From: Octopus bimaculoides
Lineage: Eukaryota
Reading direction: 5' to 3'
Assembly (NCBI RefSeq): GCF_001194135.2
Contig: NC_068998.1
Location: 53,035,388 to 53,099,387 of the forward strand
Length of the DNA: 64,000 nucleotides
The notes under the pieces: model-generated
Told to the model about the DNA's origin: nothing
Database searches by the model: none
Seen by the model: the letters and a program-made list of their open reading frames with translations, nothing else
Shown here: piece after piece, positions 12,536 to 25,297 of the stretch
How the letters are laid out: each line of letters starts with the position of its first letter
Position numbering within the stretch: the stretch's first letter is position 1
Made by a program: the position numbers and the translations under genes

Positions 12536-12851
12536 AACCGGTACTCCATCGGTTACGACGTCGAGGGTGTCCAGTTGATTCAATCAACGAAGCAGCCTGA
12601 ACCTGAAATTAAGATGCAAGTGGCTGAATACTCCACAGTCACGTGTATCTTTAGCCTAGATCTCAAGGATACTCAGTGTGACACAGAATGCAACAAGGCT
12701 GGCCTTTTGAAGTTGAGGTACTACACTTTTTTACCAGCTGAGTGTACTGGAGCAACGTGACAGAATGCTGAATGATACAACATGCCACTGGTAAACGATT
12801 TGATGACCTTACGATCGTGTGTCGAATACCCTAATCCTTAAGTCATGTGCC
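12536..12851 (-). mobile_element. SINE family C, near full length
   Basis: Minus strand GGCACATGACTTAAGGATTAGGGTATTCGACACACGATCGTAAGGTC..CACGTTGCTCCAGTACACTCAGCTGG..CAGCCACTTGC..CGTCGTAACCGATGGAGT. The head matches the + copy at 42295. Confidence 0.72.
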
Positions 12852-12865
12852 TTCGATATTATTAA

Positions 12866-13330
12866 AATTCGTATCGATCTTCGCGTTGAGATCCACATAT
12901 TTTCTCGTTTCGATCTGTTCTTGTAAGTTAAAAAGATAAATCTACACTATAAATAAATTTGATGTCAAGTTATATCCTTTCTTCACACAAACCTGTGTGA
13001 ATCAAAACCACTCAAACATTTGCGTATTCCATACTAGAATCTCTGCTATATTCCCATCTTCAGATTGCAAAGTTCCATTTTTACTTTACAGTCGATTTGT
13101 TTAAAGAAGTACCAGATACCTGATATTTCAAATATTTCTTAATAACTTAAGCATCCTGGGATACATCGTCGTGAATAGAATAAAGGAATAGCTCTTGGTG
13201 AAAAGACAGGATTTAGACAAAATTCAATTTTATTATAGCATTCATGATCATAATTTAGGTTTATTGCTTTATCAATAAATTTATTTCTGAGATTATAGTG
13301 TCAGCCTGAAGCTGCTACTTATATTATTGC
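12866..13330 (-). mobile_element. Possible CR1/L2-like RT relic
   Basis: Minus strand 12967-12866 LTSNLFIV*IYLFNLQEQIETRKYVDLNAKI resembles P.LF..YINDL...I...FADD.KI. Upstream TNR..K.NGT trace. Confidence 0.3.
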
Positions 13331-15213
13331 CATATCTGATGGTGAAATTGGCGATGGTACCACTGAGAGAATACATCACATATAGTAGATAAGGGTCGAT
13401 TAATTCCTGTAAAAAATGCAATAACTATATTTGGGCATATTCATGAATTTCCCCGTATACGACCTGTAACTGATTTATGGCTTTCACTTTTCTTAGAACG
13501 AAGGTTTATCTTTTCAAAAGATAGCTACATTAATTTTGTTAATAATGGGGGAAGCTAGTGAAATATGTCGAAGTAGGGATACGATATAACAACGAATTAA
13601 AGCAGTCTAAAGTTTGGCACATATCTCAGAAGAAATTTCAATTTTTTTTTTTGTTATTTAATCTAAGCAAAATAAATAGTGAAATCATAAACGTATAATG
13701 TAGAAGTATATAATGACTATATATGAGTCATATTCATATTCCTTTATCTGTGAATAATTTATTACCTGTATCAGAAAGCCCTTATTATTTTCAAGCCAGC
13801 ATACCATAAACATATTGCAAATTTATTACAATTCTCCAGGTCAAATTTATGGAGCATATCTTAGTGCAGTTTTCATGAATAACATTGTCCATATCAGAAA
13901 TATGTGGTTTATTCAATGCTGAATAAGAATTATAGCTCTGGCTCCTAGACGTATTCATCTTTATGCAATCTCGGAAATATATTTACATGCATCCAAATAC
14001 GAAAATACATAAGAGGAGTGTTTGCTTAAGCTGATTTGTTACTGTACTTTATGCGTGTTCCAAGTTTTATGGGTTTAAACAGTATAACAAACGCCGCGTT
14101 ATCTTTCTTTAACCAAGTAGTTTTCATTGTAATAAGCGAGCTTACTAACCATACACATACACACAATTGCACAGCTACGCTCACCTACACAAGTATACAT
14201 TCTCAAACACATATGTGTGCGCACATACATTCACATATATACATGAACATACATGCACACGCACAGACACACAAACACACGCTTTCTTTCTCTTTCTCTC
14301 CCTCTTTCTCTCTCTCTCCTGCTCTCTTCCTCTCTCACAGACATACATCGAAAAATATTACTGTAAACAAACAATGGAGTAGTCTAGTTGCAGTATCATC
14401 TAAATTTTATGTCTCACACTTCTCAAATCTCATTTTAAGGTGTGAATAGAAGGCATGTAACTAGAACAATATATAGTTCCGTTTGTAAACTGCTAATGAA
14501 ATATGTCAGATTTATTTAAGCGAAGTATTCTAAAACTCATCTTATCATTTAATGATGGTAAATATTTGATAAATATCTCCGCCAATGTGTGAAAATCCTG
14601 TTGATTTATAACTTTTCATTGCCGAACTGGGACACAGTAAACAATAACATAGAATATATTTTAGAGTATGCATATTTTTCTCAAACTGTATTGAGCAGAT
14701 GTACCTATATAACCCTACCTATATTGAGCTGTTGTAATTAAACATCATACTAATTAAACAACATACATATTAACCCGCAATTTACGATTTACGTCCCCTA
14801 CCGCATTTCGAATTTGTCACTGTGTCTCAATCAAAAGAAATCTCTATAGTTTAGCTCAGTTATCATTTTCATATTTTGTCTCTTCACAACTTCTTACATT
14901 GCGTAGAGGCAAAGACACATCATACTTATTTACCTCAATTATAATTCTGAATTCTCACTTCATTTATACCATTTTTAAACTGTACAATCAGCAGATCAAA
15001 AATCGGCATCAAAGGTACTTAAGTACTTAGAGGAAAGAAATGTTTGACTTAATCCTTTAAGTAAGCCGGTATAAGAAAACCTGACAGATAGACAATATGA
15101 TTGCACTGAATCTGTATCTATCTACAGCGAAACCCATAATTTCTACCTATGTGTACGTTCTATATTATCTATACCTAGCTATAACTACATCACATGGATT
15201 GTTTAAACATATT

Positions 15214-15449
15214 TAGTAATCCTTCGCCATATCGCGGATCACTTATCGCGCACTCAGTACATAGCGGTTCCCCTACCGCGTACTCAGTACATCGCGGATT
15301 CTTTTGGTTAATATATGTAAATTCATATCGTGGAATCCTCAGTATATCGCGGGTTTCTGCGGCCGATAGGTATTTATATTTTTTTAGATTCTAATTATTT
15401 CTGTGTAAGGTTTTGGAACGTAACGCTCGCGATAGTTGAGGTACTACTG
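15214..15449. mobile_element. Tigger/pogo-type MITE, related family, 236 bp
   Basis: Left TAGTAATCCTTCGCCATATCGCG; right end reverse-complements to CAGTAGTACCTCAACTATCGCG, close to the 19808 TIR. Three internal CTCAGTA(C/T)AT(C/A)GCGG repeats. Confidence 0.75.
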
Positions 15450-17059
15450 TCTCGCACAAGCGTTTTCCTCCTGACGCGTGTCGAGATTATTTTTTCTACT
15501 AACTGCTTTACAGTATTTTCAACATCTCAGATGTGGTTTTTATTTTTAGTCTGATAAACCAAAAATCTCAGATTCCCAAATCACCGAGAATTTCGACGCC
15601 TTTAGAAATAAAGGAAATATTTAATACGTCCACGGATTAATACTAATAATGCATGCAGTCGAAGACAATTATATAAAACCAATGGATTTTAATCAATAAC
15701 CCAATCACAGGATATATTTTCCCTTTTTCTTCAATATCTTTATCAAGTGGGTCATTCACAGTCGATGTTTAATTATAGATTAGACCGACATAAAATCGCT
15801 TGCCCGAAAGCGACTCCTTACTAAAAGAAACAAAATACACGAAGAGCTTAAGCATAAGCTTCTGTAACAGATTCCTTCAACTCTATCATTGCAATTGTAT
15901 TTAATCAAAGCCCATGAAAACGCAGACACACATAAACATACTCAAACACATAAAGAAGGACACATTTCTCAGAGACACATTTTCACACATATTTGCAATC
16001 CTACGCACACACACACACACACACAGATACACNNNNNNNNNNNNNNNNNNNNNNNNNNNNNNNNNNNNNNNNNNNNNNNNNNNNNNNNNNNNNNNNNNNN
16101 NNNNNNNNNNNNNNNNNNNNNNNNNNNNNNNNNNNNNNNNNNNNNNNNNNNNNNNNNNNNNNNNNNNNNNNNNNNNNNNNNNNNNNNNNNNNNNNNNNNN
16201 NNNNNNNNNNNNNNNNNNNNNNNNNNNNNNNNNNNNNNNNNNNNNNNNNNNNNNNNNNNNNNNNNNNNNNNNNNNNNNNNNNNNNNNNNNNNNNNNNNNN
16301 NNNNNNNNNNNNNNNNNNNNNNNNNNNNNNNNNNNNNNNNNNNNNNNNNNNNNNNNNNNNNNNNNNNNNNNNNNNNNNNNNNNNNNNNNNNNNNNNNNNN
16401 NNNNNNNNNNNNNNNNNNNNNNNNNNNNNNNNNNNNNNNNNNNNNNNNNNNNNNNNNNNNNNNNNNNNNNNNNNNNNNNNNNNNNNNNNNNNNNNNNNNN
16501 NNNNNNNNNNNNNNNNNNNNNNNNNNNNNNNNNNNNNNNNNNNNNNNNNNNNNNNNNNNNNNNNNNNNNNNNNNNNNNNNNNNNNNNNNNNNNNNNNNNN
16601 NNNNNNNNNNNNNNNNNNNNNNNNNNNNNNNNNNNNNNNNNNNNNNNNNNNNNNATATATATATACATATATATATAACATACACATACACGCACACACA
16701 CAACCACACATACGCACATATATGTGTGTGTGTATATACATATATAAATATATATATATATATCTATAACTAGATAGATAGATAGATAGATACATGCCTG
16801 CATGGATGCTTACATACATACATAAATGCATACATACATGTACGGATATCGGAAATGGGTTAACCAGCACTAGAACTTATATATTTACGTATATACTTGC
16901 ACATATAATTAAATACAAATGTGTGTGCGATTGTGCGTGTGTGAATCTGTGGGCAACTGTGTGCGTGTGCTTACGATATATGTATATATATATATATATA
17001 AACACACACACACACATTTGTGTTTGGGCAGAGTCATTCTCTTTTAGCGCTTTATTATT

Positions 17060-17155
17060 TAACACACTCACCGGTTCGCTTTCCATTCATTTTGTTATTT
17101 ATCCAGCATGGCTGCAGTCAAAATGGCTGAAACAAATCAAAAAATGAAAGAATAG
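17060..17155 (+). mobile_element. SINE family B 3' fragment
   Basis: CCAGCATGGCTGCAGTCAAAATGGCTGAAACAAATCAAAAAATGAAAGAATA. Confidence 0.7.
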
Positions 17156-17621
17156 CATAATATAACATCTAAGTCTCTGAAAAATCACCAATTCTTTGAA
17201 AGAATCTGTTAAAATGAAAATATTCTGCATTAATATTTCTCTTTTAAATGTAAAAACATTAAATTTAATACTATACCATTTGCCACTAGTAAAGCGACAT
17301 GTATTGAACTAGTTTCAAATAATACTATATAAGTCACGACATATTACCTTCAATCTCTTTGTTTTTTTATCAATATATTTACCTGCTTTTGAACTTATTG
17401 ATCCCCCGATTTATGGAAAATGTATACAAGACAATAATACTACTCCACCATGACTGAAACAGAGGAATTAGTTTGTGAAGTCTCGAATGTATCCACGCTA
17501 TATATGTAATCAATCATATTTTATTTGGCGAATATATTAAACCTGAACATTTGGCATTGCAGATTCGTACAAAGAATTAAACAATTCAATGCAGTTTATT
17601 GGTTATTTTTTTACATTAAAA

Positions 17622-17840
17622 AGGCGACGAATTGGTAGAAACTATTGGTCACGTGGGAGTACCTGCTTTGCAGTATTTGCAGTTCTTTATGATCACGGTT
17701 CAAATACCAGTAAGGTCAATATTGCTTTTCATTTTTTCGGGGTGAATAAATATTGCACCAGTTAAGTTCTGGGATAGATGCGATTCACTAATCTCACTTT
17801 TCCCTAAGGATTTGCCGGCCCGGTACCAAGATTTGAAGAA
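17622..17840 (+). mobile_element. SINE family A, diverged full-length copy
   Basis: AGGCGACGAATTGGTAGAA head, GGTTCAAATACC, TTTTCGGGGTGAATAAA..CACCAGTT, CCAAGATTTGAA tail. Confidence 0.7.
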
Positions 17841-18031
17841 ATTGCTTGCGGTAGAATCAAAACATCCTGGTAATTTATGTCGAATTAAGTGTATTTAGGG
17901 AATGAAATAGAGGAATATATATCTATTTATTTCTTTATTGCTCACAAGGGTCTAAACATAGAGGGGACAAAGGGATTAAGTAGATAACATCGACGACAGT
18001 GCGGTATATATATATATATATATCTATATAT

Positions 18032-18305
18032 ATATATATAAAATATATAGTTTTAGGGAAAATAACCAAGTTTCAAGAACTCATCGATGAAAATCCACTA
18101 TCACATATAGAAAAATTAATAATTAAAAGCACAATAAATAAATATAATATAAAGTAAAGTAAATCTTATGATATTTACTTTACTTTATATTATACTCATT
18201 TATTGTGCTTTTAATTATTAATTTTTCTATATGTGATAGTGGATTTTCATCGATGAGTTCTTGAAACTTGGTTATTTTCCCTAAAACTATATATTTTATA
18301 TATAT
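18032..18305. repeat. 274-bp near-perfect palindrome (133-bp arms, 8-nt loop)
   Basis: 18032-18164 is the reverse complement of 18173-18305 except at 18140/18197 and 18142/18195. Loop CTTATGAT. Confidence 0.97.
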
Positions 18306-18389
18306 TTTATCTATAAAGCTCAATTTAATTTTAATTTTTTATAAATTGATTTTAATTGAGTTTTTACCTGTAAGTTTGGATTTTGTCCC

Positions 18390-18440
<51 letters not shown>

Positions 18441-19807
18441 ATAGTTAAGTATGTAATAATATATGTAATAATCTTTATATAAGAATTGAGACAATAAGAT
18501 ACATAAGATATTAATCGATAGATAATTTTAAAAAAGCATATAAAATGTGTTGATTTTCTAAACTGTAAAAACAAGTTTACTCTACTCTGAAATGAGTTAA
18601 GTATTCCAGCAGCAATACCCTTTGGAAATTTTGTTTTAAATGCTCCAGTCTTCAACTTTTATTAGACAGTAGCTGATGAAAATTATCTGAGGAATCAAAT
18701 GAGAAAACTGGAAATTTAACAGCTTTAGTAGTTAGAAATAATCTTGTAGAATCGTCTGTGAGAATAATGTGTGTTAAACAATACTTTCATACCTAACAGG
18801 TTATTGCAGGTTATCATAAAATGCATAATATCTGAATTGCATTTTCGAACAAATGTCAAGACGAGTACTATTATGTTGAGAGATTACGAAACGTTGTTTA
18901 ACATTAGCATGTCGGCCATTGCACCACGTTAATGTGTTTGTAATCACAGGACTTCATAGGTTCAGACTAAAATCTTTGCAAACTGGATTTGATAAGATCA
19001 GAGCGTAATGAACGAATCCGTAGGAATACATTAGTTTCAGTGTAGATGATCAATGCTAATTAAACTTCTCTCTCAATGACAAAAGGAATGAGTCTTTGTC
19101 AAACCTGCCTGGGACTTCAGTGAATTACGCATGTTATTTATAAAATTATTAATAATATTAACATTTGCAGCGCGAAACATTAAATCAATGACGTGATTAT
19201 ATTATAGATGGGAAACGCGCTAACCTTAAGTGGATCTCACCTGTCAATCAACAATAAACTATGCGGTAGTATAGGTTTCTATACCGAAATTAAATAGTCT
19301 ATGTTAGATAAATTATATATGGTATATCGATTTCTCACACACATTTTCCATTTAACCAGAGTCTGCTGTAACCCTAATATATTGAAGATATGCTAGAATA
19401 TATGTATCTAATGGTGATTTTCGGTGAACATTATATTAATAAGCGGAAAATTGCTGTAATAAATTCCTTATCTTTATTATCCCATGTATGTGACCAGTAA
19501 AGATAACGTTATGGTTTCTACAATGCCTGGCCAGTAATAAACAAGGAAAATAATATTTAAATGAGGGTATATACATACGTGCTGGAAGTGAACAATAATT
19601 ATTTCAGTAAATATTGGTATTTGGTGTGAAATATGTTCGCATATTTGACATTCCATGGAGAGAAAGCTTTTCTAATCAATTATTTACACAGAATCATCCA
19701 AACAATGTGTCGTTATATAAGAAACATGTATGCAGATATGTATTGAAATAATTCAAGTGGAGATTCAACCGATTAAGACAATAATCTGTAGACGTTTATT
19801 CTAAACA

Positions 19808-19993
19808 CAGTAATCCCTCGACTATCGCTATATGTGAAAATCCGTAAAGTACAGTACTGTTCATTTTAAAATTATTTTCATAATTTTTATATATTTATTT
19901 TATTATAAATGCAAAACAACAACGCGGAGGATTTGATGTAAGCTTAAATATTCAACCGCGCTAGGTGAACCGCGATGTTGTGAGGGATTACAG
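19808..19993. mobile_element. Tigger/pogo-type MITE, 186 bp, complete
   Basis: TIRs CAGTAATCCCTC (19808) and GAGGGATTACAG (ends 19993), 11/12 identical, with further partial pairing (..TATCGC / GCGATG..). TA follows at 19994-19995; the 5' flank is CA. Confidence 0.8.
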
Positions 19994-20249
19994 TACTCTG
20001 AACACTTTAATCGATCCAGGGCAGATAGACCAGACGACTGGTCAAGTGATAGACTGCATTTATGTTCCTATAATTCTGCAAATTATTCGAATTATAATAG
20101 GAAAAAAATTCGAGTGAAAACCTTTTTTGGTAATCACTAAATTTAATTCCAAGTGCACATACAATAAACTGTATCACAGAATATTCGAAAGGCATGCAGA
20201 AGACAGCACCTATATATGTATATATGACTTTTAAATATGAAAGTACGTT

Positions 20250-20640
20250 GTTTATCCTGAGTGTCTATCCTAGTTAGACTTAGCAGCAGTTAGTTATTCT
20301 GAAACGCTGGCTGAACAAAAGTATGCAGAACTAAATGCGTTGGACAGATACATAAGTAAATGCATAGAGCGGATAAGATCTGTGGAACAATCAGCTGGTT
20401 TTTCAATATTGTATCCATTTAGCCACTTCATTTCAACCTTACTACATAAGCTTTCCCCGATATTATTGTTTAATATCGTATTTCTTCGTTTCCTCTAAAC
20501 AATACCCAGCAACGATCATAGATTTGTAAAATTCGTCCTCCACAGTTGCGATTATATGTGTTAATTACGTTGAGGTCTATCAACTCGACTATACATTTCT
20601 CCAACGTTTGTGGCGTTGTGCCCATGTTAGAAAATAATAT
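20250..20640 (-). mobile_element. Possible second Tc1-like relic
   Basis: Minus strand LTWAQRHKRWRNV and, after frameshifts, SKVEMKWLNGYNIE and CSTDL, similar to Tc1 RL.WA..H..W and H.SK..KKWL...I..W..SPDL. Confidence 0.33.
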
Positions 20641-22734
20641 TTGCAAACCTGCAGCTGATTTTATGTATCGAATGTCAATGAAATCTAGGAATTAATTTTA
20701 TTTCATTTCGTACAAGTTGGCAAGACCGAAACCTGGAATACGGATATTACAAATCAAATATAGTGCTTTGTTGTTGACACAACAGCTTATTGTTTCCAAA
20801 AATCAAAAAGAGATTTGTTAAACAGAAAGCGAAGTAGTATATTGATCTAGTAGAATTCCTAATTTGATTAAACATGAATGTATTCAATAGTATTCATTTC
20901 ACAAATGTCAGTGTTATATTAATTGGAATAATTAGTGAAATCAGAAAATAATTTAATGAATATCTTCAAGAAAAGAAGCATAAAGACAGAAGAATCTAAT
21001 TCCTAAAAATAAGTTTTTATTATATTATCTAATTCTTATTTCTTTTACAATTTCTTGGGCTGCTGCTACAAAGAGAAATATATTTGTAATCCCATACAAA
21101 TTTTTAATTACTAACAAATATAATTCGGAGAAAATTAAATTAACTACTTCATGCACGAGTGATTATTTTAGAAAATTTACAACAGAATTTTTAAGAAAAA
21201 TGTGTTGATGAAAATTGCTACAATTCCAAGTCGTTCTCATTAAATTAAAAGGTTTATTAAAATAAATAGTAATGCTATACTGTAAAATATTATAATTAAA
21301 TAGACAATGGAATATATAGTTTTCCAGTTGCGTTTCGTCATTTCCTATCCTAATGTGTGTTTTAGATTTGAAATGCTTATTATATATTTATGTTTGTTTA
21401 CAGAAACTTATTCATAAACATATCTGAAAATCTTGCACATAACATTCATTCTTAAGAAGAGGATTAATGATACTCAAACTTTCTGTTTAGTTTATGTCAC
21501 CACCAAATCTCAACCTCATCAGATTTATTAGTAACGTTGCAAACACTCCTGAAATGTACGCCTGATATTCAATTCACAGAACACATGAACACATTGTAAC
21601 AAACGCTTGGTTCTAAATACGTCTTGAAAACGGATTTCTTCACCTCTCAATGAACAATATAACGGAAGAATGACACACGTAAAGTGTAAATATTAATGAT
21701 TCCTGGAAACTACATGGCATCGAAAGTATTGCCTTTCTTGTTCAGGTTGGCAAACAATTAACAACATACACTTCTGAACTCTTCTTAGACCATGAATATG
21801 TTGTAAAACGTGTCTAAGACAGAAATATGTTGGTAATTCTGAATAAACGAAGAATTACACATCATTAGCCTTGCCATGTATGTGATTTAAATTTATGTAT
21901 TGTACAGAGCATCAAGTCAAGAGAAGTTCCTCTCTGAGCGTGCTTGATCTGATAGCAATGAGAGCCAAATCTTTATTACTGGAAGTCTACTCTGTTAAGA
22001 CCAAGAATTTTACAGTAACATAATATGGTTGTATCGTTAAAAAATAAGAAGAGTTGTCGATGCTTGGAATGCAAATCACCGTGGATCAACAACATGGCCA
22101 AATACAACAACAACAACAATCCGAGCTGACAAGGCAAATACTTGTCATTGATGTATCTGCGAAAGCAGAAAGAAAAAACAGCCTCGCTCACATGACACCA
22201 TATTTTCCTGTAAGCTAAACGAGTAGTTATTTGAATGACATGGTTCCGCCGGCAGTACAGTCTCAACATGTATATTCATGTATATTCATTGACAGACGCA
22301 CAACACTGTTGCATATTAATATTTCTGATAACATTAATTTAGTAGATATGAACAATATTTCGAATGGGTAACAGATAGCGACAGGAAGAATGGTTATGTT
22401 GAGCACTATGTTTCTACTTTTGGAAAGGCTTTCATCATAAAACTTCTCAGTCAGAACTGATTTGTGGCTAAACAACACCAATAATATCATCTCGTTCCAA
22501 ATCAATAACTACAAGGTGGTTGATCTAATAATTCTATATTCAGTACATTCAATATTGCGCTAGAAAAAGAGGAATTATTACCACGAGTCATAGGAAAAAG
22601 GCGTCCACAAACCGCTTTGGAAAACCTTTAGGACTCCCTACAGCAGATTCGTGCTCGCATGAAATTGATACATTAATTGTTATTCCTATATGAAGTATCC
22701 TTGCCCATATGCCTGCTAAATAAGCGATAACATA

Positions 22735-23160
22735 AGGCTAGTTGACCACGGCAACAGCAATGACGATGGTAATTGCAACAGCAACAAGAAGAAAAATCAC
22801 CTCTTTCGTCAACAAAAGCATCAAAACAACTGTTACTCTCATCACAATTGATACTACTACTGCTAATACCATTGCATCTAACATTGCTACGTTATCTAAT
22901 AAAAACACTACCGTTATATCTAAAACATCTTCTACCACCACCGCTACGACAGCCATCGTCAATACTACGGCAACTACTACTACTACTATCACCTTTAACA
23001 CTTATATTACATTCACTACCAACGTCAGCACTACTTTTATTTGTAGCCGAGACTATTACCATAACTATCACAACCCAGAGCCGCAGCATTTTCGCAACCG
23101 TCACCAACATTAATAAGAGCAAAACGAGCAACAACAGCGAAAATAGCCGCAGTATCCTCG
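22735..23160. repeat. Decayed trinucleotide low-complexity tract (ACT/ACC/AAC)
   Basis: Produces overlapping Thr-rich, Leu-rich and Val-rich ORFs on both strands. Confidence 0.75.
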
Positions 23161-24599
23161 AGAACAATGATGTAAGATGGCAATTTAAACGCAGTCATTC
23201 GTTTTCCTTAAAATAGCTGAGCTGTCAAATTTCTGTTAATCCTACCGAAAGCTTTAAGCTGATGCTTGAGATAAAGTTAGAGGAAATTTTATTAAATACA
23301 AAATACCTAAATAAAAGACAATACGGTTATGTCTAGGATTGTTTTAATCTTAGCACTCCTCGTTAGGGCAATCCGGGGGCTAAGGAAATAACAACAAATA
23401 CGACAATGCAAGTAACAAATAGAATTATTATCTGGTTTCCCTCAGTATATTTCAAGTCTGAATAAACATACAACCTATATAATTGATTCAAACACGACTT
23501 AGGAAATAAATGAATAAATAAACAAGATGTAAGCCCTCCAACTAACGTCTTGGAAAGATTAAGAGAAAAAGAAAACTATTTCATTTAGCTTATCTTAATG
23601 TTGTCATCGCACTTGTTATTGGTTTTCGTATTCAAAACAAATTGAGTGAGAGTTTCCTGTATTCTAACTGCACGAATAATTTCTTTTGAGCTAATGTTTA
23701 TCACTTCATTATAATCCATATATGAAATCCTACTGTTTGCGTATGGGCTATGCAGCACGTTTCCTAGAGGCACTCTTCCATCACCATCCTGAAAATATAA
23801 TTTAGACGTAATGTAACATCAGTTACGCATTATAAACAGTCTTTTAACAACCAAGAATCAATGGGGGTGCGTTTATGTGGCCCGTCTGTATGCTAGAAAT
23901 ACTACCAACAAGTGTGTCAATCAACCCACAGTGTTGCCAACTGTTGAAACAGCTCAGTCGATAATGTAACGCAAGATGTACTAGTATAGATGAGAAGGAA
24001 ACCAGACAGATCGGTCAAAGCTGGATTTGGATTTGATCATAGAGACATGTGATTGAAATTGTTACAAGCTAGACAGCAGCAGCAAAGGCATTAGCAGCAG
24101 CTGCAACAATAACAAAAAATAGCAACAATTCTAAGTTCAGTAGATCCTTTAAAGTGCCATACTGGAATAACCGTAGCAGGTATGTCTGTCATCAAAGATC
24201 TGCAAGATTCTGGACCATCCGAGGGCTACAAGAAGCTACAACGATGACAATAGCAATATATAAATTCATGACGTGAACAAGAACTAAAAATCAGAGATTT
24301 TCCTAGCTAGAAATAGCAACCAAATCTCCCTCAAATCTAATCCTACCATATACAATAGTGACAAGATATATTACTTGATTTGGTTTTAATGACATCTCTC
24401 AAAATACGTGATGGTCACGATTGGAATGGTTTGGATAATAGATGTGGGTGTATAAAACAACAAGTGCGACCTATAAATACAGCTATATTCTTAAATGTAT
24501 TGGGAAACAGTATATATTAAAGCAATAATTAAGGATGGGGAATAAAATGTGTAACAACAGCTTGATGATCACATTAATGATAAGAGAAATATAGATAAT

Positions 24600-24900
24600 G
24601 AGGAGAAAATGATATTGATAACGGGGTTTATGAGAGGAGATGGAGGTTTATGATGCGGCAAACTTGAATTAAACATAAATTAATGATGATAATCATATTG
24701 ATGAAGACGACTGCGATAATAAAGAGATTATTATTACTATGACGACGGGGATGTAGAGGACAGAGATCATAATAATGCAGATGATGTTGACGGCGATAAC
24801 TACAAGACAAACAAGAACAAGAAAGACAAAAAAATAACAACAACAACAACACCAACAGCAATATCAATAATAATAATAATAATAGTAATAGTAATTATGA
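24600..24900. repeat. AAC/AAT/GAT trinucleotide tract ending in (TAA)n
   Basis: AACAACAACAAC and AATAATAATAATAATAAT runs directly 5' of the R4/Dong fragment. Confidence 0.85.
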
Positions 24901-24904
24901 TAAT

Positions 24905-25231
24905 CGTAGTAGCAGGTAAGCTCTCCAGATATCAGAAAAGAATACATCAGTATCAACAGAATAGATCATTGGAGACGGACAAACAAAGAGTGGAGAACGA
25001 ATTAGTGAAGATGAGAAACCTAATACAGAGGATGCTAGAAGGTTCTGGAGTAATATTTGGGATAATCCAGTCAATCATAATGGAGATGCAGTATGATTAA
25101 AGGAAGTGAGGGAAGAAGCAATGAACAGGAGACAACCAGACTTAATGAGTAGACTGTTACGAAAAATGCCGGATTGGAAGGGCCCAGGACTGAATTTCGT
25201 TCAAGGGTACTGGCTAAAAAAATTTAGTAGT
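24905..25231 (+). mobile_element. R4/Dong-like (RLE-clade) non-LTR retrotransposon fragment
   Basis: VAGKLSRYQKRIHQYQQNR.. then frameshift to EKPNTEDARRFWSNIWDNPVNHNGDAV*LKEVREE..LRKMPDWKGPGLNFVQGYWLKKFSS. This matches the region just upstream of the RT of RLE-type LINEs (FW..IW....HN..A.WL; K.PNWK.PGPD.VQG.W.K). Confidence 0.8.
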
Positions 25232-25242
25232 CGACTTCGATA

Positions 25243-25297
25243 GAATGTGAACTCAGAACGTAAGGACTGATGAAATACCGCTGGACATTTTTCCCGG
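25243..25297 (-). mobile_element. SINE family A 5' fragment at the end of the R4/Dong fragment
   Basis: GAATGTGAACTCAGAACGTAAGGACTGATGAAATACCGC is the reverse complement of 6215-6255-like sequence. Confidence 0.7.

Noticed and set aside
12446-12760. 104-aa ORF with YSIGYDVEGVQLIQST, superficially LINE-like
   Set aside because: Mostly the antisense of SINE family C (12536-12851).
18560-18655. Minus-strand LKTGAFKTKFPKGIAAGILN resembling a GIY-YIG C-terminus next to the palindrome
   Set aside because: Similarity too short, and the orientation does not fit a simple PLE model.
21976-22269. 97-aa minus ORF with a polypyrimidine-CAG acceptor-like site near 22160
   Set aside because: No donor or domain evidence; the hydrophobic stretch derives from a (CAA)n repeat.
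22738-23216. Thr-rich 123-aa ORF resembling a mucin, plus overlapping ORFs
   Set aside because: Decayed ACT/ACC/AAC trinucleotide tract open in several frames on both strands; no splice or domain support.
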